Made by a program: the position numbers and the translations under genes. A stretch of DNA of 63,622 nt, counting the filler, from Vannella sp. (lineage: Eukaryota), in assembly GCA_023345925.1 (NCBI GenBank). It is 8 parts of 8 records of this genome, joined end to end, with 100 filler letters (N's around TTAATTAATTAA, not from the genome) between each part and the next. Parts side by side here need not be neighbours in the genome. Positions count along the whole stretch, not along the records: positions 52,240 to 59,775 come from JAJQQN010000491.1; positions 59,876 to 63,622 come from JAJQQN010000548.1; 6 more parts are not named here. One strand, given 5' to 3'. The notes beneath the pieces were generated by a model that saw nothing but the letters and a program-made list of their open reading frames with translations, had not been told where the DNA came from and made no database searches. This document shows positions 54,761 through 63,622 of this stretch, one piece after another. How positions within the stretch are numbered: the stretch's first letter is position 1; the number at the start of each line of letters is the position of its first letter.

Positions 54761-57700
54761 ATGGAGCAAGTGGTGAGCAAGCTCATCGCCCGCTCCTGCT
54801 ACCTTTCAAAGAAGCTCTTGGAAGAGGTAGAGCAAAGTAAAGCGGGGGAGTTTGGGGCGGATGAGCTGGACCAACGCTTGGGACCTTGCGCGGAGGATCT
54901 GGTCAAGGCGTCTCAGTTATGTCGGACGGAGGACGCCTCTCCAGCTTGTAAGAGTGTCCAGCCACTATTGGATACGTACTACACTCTATTCTTGGCCTTT
55001 GGAAAAGAAATCCACCTTTTGGCAGACAACCCCTTCGACTTTCAGCTCCGTCAAACTGTCCAGTCTTCTCACAAGGAGCTCGCTGCCCAACTGAACCGCA
55101 TCCTCGCACACAACGACCCCAAAGCTTCGGGAGAAAAGGGCTCTTCCACTGCAGAGTCTATTGGAACCCAAGCGCGCAAGGTGGCGATGACAATCAAGTC
55201 CCTGTCCGAACACGCCTCCGCTGGGGACGTCGAGAAGTTTGTTCCTGCTGCCAGACAGTCCTTTGTCCTCATGAAAGCTCTACAAGATAGTCTACTCGAA
55301 GGAGACAGCGAGGCGCAGCGTCTGGGACAGAAGTTGGGAGAACTCTCGATGAACCTCATCCGCTCAGCAAAGGAGCTCTGTCAGAAGCCTAGTGATGCCT
55401 CACGAGCAGACTTTGCCACTACCAAACAAGCCACTGCACTGCAGCTTCAGGAGATCCTCTTTCTTGAGAGGAAGCAAGAGCAAGAGAAAGAAGAAGAGCG
55501 AGAGCAAGAGAGAGCGCCTGAAGAGTCGCCAAGTCTTACTCCCGTGCATGGTGGTCGTCGTGCTGGTACCTCAGCCACTCTTCGACACGCTTCCCCTTTC
55601 AAAGCTCAGATTCAGAGGAAGACGACGCAGTCCGGCATGAGCATTCCGCCCTCAGAAACCACCGAGAGTGAGGTTCCTAGTCCCCTTTCGGCTTCTCTAT
55701 CAAGCCCAATGGGTTCCAATCCCAAGGCACCTTTAGCCAGCAAGTCAGAGTTACTATCTGGAGGGGGCAAAAGAGCTTCCACCAGCAATAAGACGCTGAA
55801 GATCTCCAAACCAGAGTCTGCCAAAGGAGGCATTCAAACAGATTCCCGTAAGTTCCAAACCGCCAAATTGCGGACCAAAGACAAGCGCCCCGCCTCTTCC
55901 ACGATTGTCCCTGGCAGTAGTTTGAAGCAGGCATTTGCCAAGAACCTTCAAACTGAGTTGGAAAAGCGAGTGCCTCCTCCTCAGACTTCCGCAGAAAAGG
56001 GAGAAGGGCCTAAGCGAGCTAGCGAGGACGCAAGTGTAAGATATTGTCTTGAAAGAGGGGAAAGTGACCTTACCGTCTGAGGCAGGTTTCTTCGCAAGTC
56101 CTTCGCCGTCGACTAACGCGCGACTCTGACATTTCCGAGATTCGCTCTTGGCGGGAGGAGATTGTGGCTTTGCCAATTGTAAGCTTCCCTTGAGGGTTTG
56201 AGTTCTGTAACTGACAAGAGGAAAGGATGAGAAGCTCGATAGAGCTCTGGCTCTCATTGGGCAACACATACCTGGACTCTCTGACTCGTGGAAAGGGTTG
56301 GAAGAGGAGAAAAAGGAGCTTTTACGAGACCGCATTGAAGATGAATTCCTGCGCTCGGAATTGGAGGCCAAACTCACAACTATGGAGAGTAGTGTGAATG
56401 AGACAGCTCCTCAATTACTCAAAGCCCTTATCAAGTTTATTGCCACTCAATACGGCTCTGTTCGGGCATTGGCTGATGCCGAGGATGAGAGTCGCGATGC
56501 CAGCCTCCACAAATCTTACGTTTCTGTGCTGGAGGCTCTCTTAGCCATTGTGAATGAAAGTGGAAAAGGAACAGCAGGCATGAATGTCACTCTTAAGGCT
56601 GTTGTGAAGAACTTGGAAGACAACATTGCAGCTGATTTCCGTCAGTACGATCCCCATTTTGTTGCCTTTGCGACGAAGAGCGGGGAGTCACATCATGGCC
56701 ATCTCAAGAAGATTCTACATCACACCAGCGAAGGGATTCACGACCTCAGTGTCCGGTTGCTCAGTCTGGTGCATACCATTAGCATTCAGGGAAGCTGGTT
56801 GGAAGCACATTTGATGGAGTTGATGGCTTCTGTTGCTACGCTTGCTGGTGCTTCAAAGCAATGGGCCTTGGACTACCACACGGCGCGGCGGATTCTGGAG
56901 ATTAAACGGACCCAGGGTTCCGAAGGAATCCTTGAGCAGCAGAACTTCGAAGCGCTGGTCGATACTGACGTTTGGAGCGACCCAGAAGATGCTCAGAAAG
57001 GTGACTTGAACTCTCTGGTTCGACGAATAACCATTGAATATGACCCAACCTTCATGAAGACGGTGATTTATACCCACCACTCTTTCACTACTTCCTCTCA
57101 GCTCTTTAACAAGCTGACTCGCCGGTTCATAGTGCCTGCCAACATCGAAACAGCACGAGGAAACGCTATTCAGCTGCGTGTGGGTGTTGTCATCAAGTTC
57201 TGGGTGCAGAATCAGTTCTCTGATTTTGATGAGAAGATGCAATTGGCTCTTTTAGACTTTCTCCAAGTTCTGCACCGCCACGGTCATACACAGATGAGCG
57301 ATGGTATCCAAGGTCTCATAGATTGGAAAGAAAGAGATGAAGCTGGAACGCGTCTGAGGATGCGCCCTGACCATTTAGCCTTGCCAGGGCTTATGACAGT
57401 GCCATCAGAGTATATAATGCAGTTCTCTCCTGCCCTAGTGGCTGGCCAACTGACTCTGCATGACTCTGCTCTGATAGCCAACATTCGTCCAGCAGAGCTA
57501 ATGGGACAGGCTTGGACGAACCCAAAGACGCAGCACCGCACCACCAACATCAATTGGTGTATGGACCGTCTGAATATGATTTCTTATTGGGTGCCAAGTA
57601 TGGTGTTAGCCGCCTCTTCCATTGCCAACCGTATTCGCTTGGTTGAGTGGTTCTATGCCCTTTGTATTGAATTGAGAAAGCTCAATAACTATCAGTCCCT

Positions 57701-58245
57701 GATGGCTGTAGTAGCAGGATTCCACACCTCTTCAGTACAGCGACTGAAGCATACGTTTGATGGGGTCAACAAAGACTTGCACAAGAAGCATTTGGAGTTG
57801 GAGGAGCTCATGTCACCCCAAAGTTCATTCAAGAACTATCGCCAGGCCATGAGTAAATCTCCTCTCCCTGCGGTTCCCTTCTTGTAAGCTCTTACTACTC
57901 TCTGTTCAACAATCAAGCTAACAGGGGTATAGGGGAGTCTATTTGAGTGACCTTGTCTTCATTGACGAAGGCAACTTGGATGAAGTGGACGGGAAAATCA
58001 ACTTTGAGAAGCGCCAGCTCGTCTACACTACTGTTCAGGCTCTTCAACTCTTCCAAACATCCCGTAAGCTCTAGCTTCTTATTCACTACTCCCTCTGACA
58101 GACATGTGCAGGATATCGGGACATTCCTTTGATTCAACCGCTGAACCAATTCCTGAAGTGGGTGCCCGTTCTCACAGACGACCAATTGTACCATGTTTCC
58201 CTCCTACGAGAGCCGCGCGGTGCCACTCGAGAAACCATCAAATAA
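54761..58245 (+). CDS. RasGEF (REM + CDC25 domain) with N-terminal helical-bundle region, multi-exon
   Basis: IQLRVGVVIKFWV, VAGQLTL, LNNYQSLMAVVAG, FKNYR, PAVPFL|GVYLSDL.FIDEGN, INFEK. Confidence 0.9.
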
Positions 58246-58410
58246 GAAGCACTTTCCACCCTCTTCCGTCCGAAACCAAAGGAGAAATGACTTAACAGGA
58301 GAAGACACTTTCAGCTATTTGGTTTTCAGATGAATGCTGCCAAGCCCTCTTGCTACATCGGTTCAAAGAGAGAGTCGGGTCCCTTTTCGTAACCAGGAGG
58401 CGTGCGGTGC

Positions 58411-59753
58411 TTAGCAGGAGACTGTTTCCTCTTCCTTCAACGAGTTGGAGTCGGAGTTAGAGTGAGTTGGGGAGGTTTTGGTGTAAAAGCCGTTCCTGTT
58501 CCAACAAATAGATTTCCAGAACTCGTTCTTATCGACCAGATAGAAGGTGACTTCCATGGTGATAAGGATGATGATGATGACTTCGAGTTTGTGAGAGTAT
58601 TTGTCCGTTAAAGAGCCCGCCACGGTCGAGATGATTTGCTCGATCATGTCCAAGCGCTTGTTGAGGGTGTCAATGCGGTCAGTTATCTCAAGGTTCGCTT
58701 GGATCTCTTCGAAGAGGCGGCCCATTACGTAGTCGTCCCAGAAGAGGTCTGGCACATCCAAAAGGGACGAGTTTAGATTGAGTCGGCACCGTAGCTCCAT
58801 CTGCTCCCCAACCACTTTCGTCCATTCTTCTTTTGAAGGCAACTTCCCCTGTTTGATGATGGTGGGAGTGGCTAATACGCGACTTGTGATCGAGTTCTTG
58901 CCCCAGCTGATCTCTTCCTCGATGCTCTCCAACTGCATAGAGCGTGCGATACCATAAGAGTAAGCTAGCATCTCCTTCTCATGCATTCGTGCATCTGATC
59001 GAGTGCTCAAGATGATATTATCGGCTCTGATCAAGGTTTTGGGCCCGCGGTAGACGTTCATGCTCTATCCTAGCATCAGAAGGTATGAATGAAGGACGAA
59101 AGACCATCTCTTACCTCCTCTATAGTTGGACGATCCACTAGCACACCTTGCGCATGCTTGCGGATGCTATCTAGCCAATTGCGCTCCTCATGGGGATCCA
59201 TTCCCCAACAGACCACGCCTCCTTCACGGAAGAAGAATGCATCCTTAGTACGAGAGATTCGAAACTCCTCCATCTCCGTCGGATCGTCCTCCTTGGGAAC
59301 GTGGACGACTTGATCCGATTCACCCTTCATTTGGTACTGAACGTGGAGCGCTTCGTATTGGTGGTAGTCATCACTGAAGCAGTTCACTTGGTAGTCCTTT
59401 TTAAGAGCAGAGTAGATGGATGAGAGCTCAAGGGAGCTCCCCACTTGCTCCCCAAAGCATCGATAGGGCTGGGAAGGTCAGTGAGGAGAAGGGGAGGGCG
59501 AGAATCGTACTCCACTGTAGCTGTCATTTGCTAGCCAATGATCTTGATCGTTGTACTTGGTTTGAACGAAGCGAGAGAAGGACTGGAGAGACTTTTCCTT
59601 CTTCCGAGACTTCTTCGTTCCCGAAGGGGACCCCTGACCCATCAGCGGCTCCACCGGTCCCCCATTAGATCCCGAAGTACTAGAATAACTTCTCAAATAG
59701 CGTCCCCCACCACTCCAGCCACTGAAACCGCGCAAACCCACACGCACTAACAT
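58411..59753 (-). CDS. RMND1: RMND1/Rmd1 (DUF155) family protein, mitochondrial, multi-exon
   Basis: FFFREGGVVCWG, AYSYGIARSMQL, LLDVPDLFW, LEITDRIDTLNKRL, LEVIIIILI. Confidence 0.9.
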
Positions 59754-59775
59754 TTGCCTCCCAAAGAATGGCAAT

Positions 59776-59875
59776 NNNNNNNNNNNNNNNNNNNNNNNNN
59801 NNNNNNNNNNNNNNNNNNNTTAATTAATTAANNNNNNNNNNNNNNNNNNNNNNNNNNNNNNNNNNNNNNNNNNNN
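59776..59875. other. artificial contig linker
   Basis: N44-TTAATTAATTAA-N44. Confidence 0.99.
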
Positions 59876-60237
59876 TGACCGGGTTTTGGGTCGGATGTTT
59901 ACCCATGGGGGGTATTTCACCCAGTTCAGTTCGCGATCGCAGGATGGCTGTTTGGTGAACATGCTTACTACTCCCACGAGATTACTTGTTTGCTATCTGA
60001 CCCATTTCAAGAACAAGAGCCCTCTTGCAGAGATTCCCATTTAACTGGCGTACCTGGCACCATACCTGAATGCGTTTTACCACTCACTGCTTGGAACTAA
60101 AGGCAATTCGACTCAATCATATCTCATGTTTTCCTTTGTCATTCAACTGGTCACAGCCGTCTGTGTCAAAGGATGGGTACACTTCCATTTAGAGAGTGTG
60201 GAAAGGCCAAGCAAGTAGACCACAGAAAGGCCCGCTG

Positions 60238-62699
60238 TTAAAGATTATGGAGAGGTAAATGGTCGGGAACGTTGCGGAGGAGATAACTGGGTTTCCACTT
60301 GGGATAAACTCGTTTGTACAAGTTCATCATTATCACGTCGTGCTGCTTCAACTGCGTGTCAAAAAGGCATCTCATGTGGCCGTGAGTACCAATGGAGTCA
60401 AGAATGTTGCCAGTATGACCCAAGCGAGTACGAAGTTCAACGGGACGGAACCATTCAATGTCGTCTGCAAGTGGGAAGTGGTGAGTACAACGATACCAGA
60501 AGAAAATAAAAGCTTACCTGCGTTGTGGAACATCCGGCGGATGACTGCCTTGCGCTTAAGCACTTTGAAAGGCTCTCCAGTCAAAGTGATTTTCTTGATA
60601 TTGAGTCGATCGGGATCGACAGAGACAAGAGACCCCGTTCCTACAAGGACCATCCCTCCCACAGCAACAGCTTGCCCAAGCTCCTCCCCTGGTACCACCC
60701 GCTTGAAGATCAGCAGTGGACAAGGAAGGAATGTGGTTGGCCCGTAGATTGTTGCCACAGAAGTGGTCGTTGGGAGCCAGAAGCGCTCGTGCTTATGCTT
60801 ATCGCAGTTAGCAATGTGCTCTGTAAACAAGGGCTTGCAGATCAGCCTTCGAGCGCCACAGTAAAAGAGAAGCTCATCCTTCGAGGCAATCGGCTCGGTG
60901 TAGTTCGCAATCCGCCGAATGGAGAAGTTCAGGACGCTCATCTTCCTCTCATGAGGGAAGAGACCCATCACAACTAACGGTGTAGCAGGCGAGTACGCCT
61001 CTACCAAGGATCTGGGCACATCCAAGAGCTGAAGAGTGATGAAAGAGCCTGAAGGGACGCCGTTATGCTCACTCAATACTCGAGCCTGTGTCCTCTTGAA
61101 GGACTTATACTGGTAGATCTTAGCGTAGTCGCGAGGGAGCTCCTCTTTGGCATCCCAAGGAGACGTGCGGAAACTCTTCAATCCCCGGAACTTCTGGAAC
61201 CTGACGCGTGCAGGGAGCTGTTTGGGTGTCTCCATCTCATCAGGGAAGTCAATGTCCTCCTGCTCGAGTCTACGACGCGAAGCGCTGTCCCCGCCAAACG
61301 AACTGGCGGTTTCGGACATGTCAACGTAGTCAAACTCTTCCTCCTCGTCTTCCTCGTCCTCCACGAGATTAGGAGCCTCACTATCCGACATCTCGTTCTT
61401 GGTTTCCTCCTTCTCTGCCTCCTCCTCGTCATCTTCTTCCACGATCCAGGTGGCTTGGTAGGTGGAAGTGCCCTTTGGGACCTTCTTCAAGGGGTTCTGC
61501 TCTCCTGCTTCCCCTCCATCCCACATAGTCTGCTCACTATCCAAAGGATCCAGGTCGTTCTCCACTTGGAGGGACTCGATCTTCGCAGGATCGGCTGATT
61601 CGAGTGTTTGGCGGCCTCCTTCCTCTGCCATGGCATCGTGAGCAACCTTGGTAGGGTGGGGATCCGTTTCTGATATGATAGAAGCCATCTGGAAGTCGCC
61701 AAAGCCAGGAATGTGCACCAACTGGTTCGCATTGAGCGATCCTCCACGCAGATAACCCGAAACCTCAGCCCCTGTTTGCTCTCCCGCTTGGAAGAAGCGT
61801 GGCCTTGTCTCGACAATCATGAATGGACGCGCCAGCTGCTTTGAAAGAGGCTCGTCTTGCAACGAGACCTGACAAACACCGCGGAGGAGATCCGCAATGT
61901 TGTTAGAAGAGACTACTTTGAAGGCTTTCTCTGCGAACTCGTAGGCCAGTTGCCTTTCAACCTCCTTGCGGAAGGACTGCGGGTTCTTGGAGCTTGTCTC
62001 GACAGCAGCAAGCTGGGCGGGGAAGCCTTGCGCGCGGATGACTCGTAGAGTCTCAAAACCTTCCGCATCGATACCAGACTCTGGGATAGCGTAGAGGATA
62101 ACGTTAGACACTTGAAGCGCTAACAGAATGTCGTCAATACAGCGGGAGCAAGGGAGAATGGTGACGCGCTGCTTCCATTTGGGGACAGTGAAGGTGCGGG
62201 TGTGTTCTGTGACTGCTTCAATCTGTTCCCCAGTTGCTTCATTGAACATCTGGCGGTGGAGGGCCTCGCTACTCGCACTTGTATTACCCAAAGGAACGAT
62301 TGCTACCGAACGTGGAGGAGCTGTGCACAGCAGCCACAAGAGAACTGGTAAGAACAAGAAGATGGGAGGGAGGGAGGGAAGGAGGGAGGACAGTTACCTT
62401 CGCCCTTGCTGAGGCTGCGGTATTGGTCTTGGATCTTGTCGCGCTTCACTTCACGCCGTTGCTTCGCCTTGTTCTTTCGTTGTTCTCGTTGATCGGAGAG
62501 GGTTTGCTTGGCAGAGGAAGTCGCCTTGACATCAACCTTGCCTGGACCCGCTGATCAGCTTCGATCCGCGGCGATCAGCCTCCCAAGGCTACTTACCTCC
62601 CGCTTTGCGTTTCAGTTCTCCCTTGCTTGCATGTTTACCACCCTTGAACGCTTTGTTAGCTTGCTTGAGCCCCGTGGCGCGGTGCTGGTGCGCAGACAT
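60238..62699 (-). CDS. TSR1: pre-rRNA-processing protein TSR1, multi-exon
   Basis: MSAHQHR..KQANKAFKG; NQLVHIPGFGDFQ, KKVPKGTSTYQATW, FPDE..ARVRFQKFRGLKSFRTSPWD, IGTHGHMRC, LYKRVYPKW. Confidence 0.96.
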
Positions 62700-63202
62700 C
62701 CAAGAGAAGCAGAAACTGCCCTTCAATACCCAATTTCTGTTGAAAATATTGAGAAAGTCTTCATCCTATCCCTTTCATTTCCTTCATCGCCAACCAATGT
62801 TTTTGATCAAATCGGGAATTTCAAGGAAGGCGATTGTTTACCCGATTTAGCGGGTCATTTTGTTGTGAATCAAGAGACTGAAGCCTCGACAGTGATGATA
62901 ATGGAGACCTGTCAATTGTTACTGAAAGGTGCAGCAAGAAGGGAGCGTCAAAAAAACGGTCCAAAATCCCGAAAAGGCAAGTTCTTGTGTGAGGTGAACA
63001 AGGGCCAACAGTGACTATGGACAGCTCTGAGGGAATACTCCCAAGAGGAGTGAAAGAAAAACGAAAGAGGAGGCCGCAAGAGGAGATTTGTTTTGATTCA
63101 AGGAATAACTGAGATCATGATCATCTTCAGTCCTGCTTTCCTGAGGTCCATGTTTTGTCATCTTCCCGCTGTCTCCTAATGAAAGCCTCTCGGACTGGCT
63201 CG

Positions 63203-63622
63203 ATGGAAGCACGCAGAGCATTTACAGGGCTCGCTGTGTTGATGAGCTTCCTGGCGGTTGTCTTCGTCTTCTCTGAGGAACAGCCAACGTTCTCTAGCTT
63301 CCAAGAGAAGAGTCTAACTCTTGATAGGATGGACCATCATGACACTCCAAAGTTGGAGACCAAAGATCCTAGGCCCTCCTTCCTTCGATGGGCATCGGAA
63401 CAGAACATCAATAGCCGAGTCGGCCTGAGGAAGTTTGGCGACTCCAACTACGGAGGAGTCGCTGAATCCTTCATTTCAGTGAGTAGTCCTCTCTTATACC
63501 CACAAGAAGGTTCATATCAAGGCTAGAAAGGAGAGATAGTGCTGAGTGTCCCTCTAAAAGCTCTCCTCCGAAGCAACAAGGTCAAGTCGGAGACTTTCCT
63601 GAAGGATTACAAGGTGACTCGT
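63203..63622 (+). CDS. SET-domain (Rubisco LSMT/SETD3-like) protein with N-terminal signal anchor, 3'-truncated
   Basis: TM segment AVLMSFLAVVFVF; FLRWA..YGGVAESFIS|KGEIVLSVP resembles the start of an LSMT-type SET domain. Confidence 0.6.

Noticed and set aside
5499..59875. Seven identical TTAATTAATTAA palindromes as a biological repeat; gene clustering across them
   Set aside because: Each is centred in a 100-nt N spacer and is a six-frame stop linker used to concatenate contigs.
59876..60230. Possible gene fragments at contig starts (also 1-320 and 32417-32700)
   Set aside because: Short open frames with no recognisable motif; cannot be supported.
966..63622. Apparent frameshifts or split ORFs suggesting pseudogenes or recoding
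   Set aside because: The breaks I examined coincide with short GT..AG introns that restore the frame; the standard genetic code fits.

Overview
This is eukaryotic nuclear DNA from a very gene-dense protist genome, with short GT-AG introns (mostly ~40-60 nt) and intergenic gaps often under 200 nt. Gene content (Tup1, lysyl oxidase, IQ-RhoGEF-RhoGAP, RasGEF, VTC) suggests an amoebozoan, but that is inference. The window is 8 contigs joined by artificial N44-TTAATTAATTAA-N44 linkers, so adjacency across the linkers means nothing. About 38 protein-coding genes can be assigned, mostly housekeeping. The most striking feature is invisible in the ORF track. At 48449-51379 an ankyrin-repeat gene appears to encode the beta-hairpin loops of its repeats with chains of 3-nt, single-codon exons: 13 with intact AG/GT sites plus one with a damaged acceptor. 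Each sits in a repeated cassette (ACTCAC..~20 nt..AG|NNN|GT), and a partial tandem paralog follows at 51806. Splicing is inferred from the DNA only. Other notable items are a full-architecture SREBP-like protein, a PBZ-PARG fusion, a stand-alone DM15 protein, a FYVE-like/HSL esterase with Cys at the catalytic Asp position, a membrane-anchored EGF-lysyl oxidase and an intronless bacterial-type DUF11 protein.
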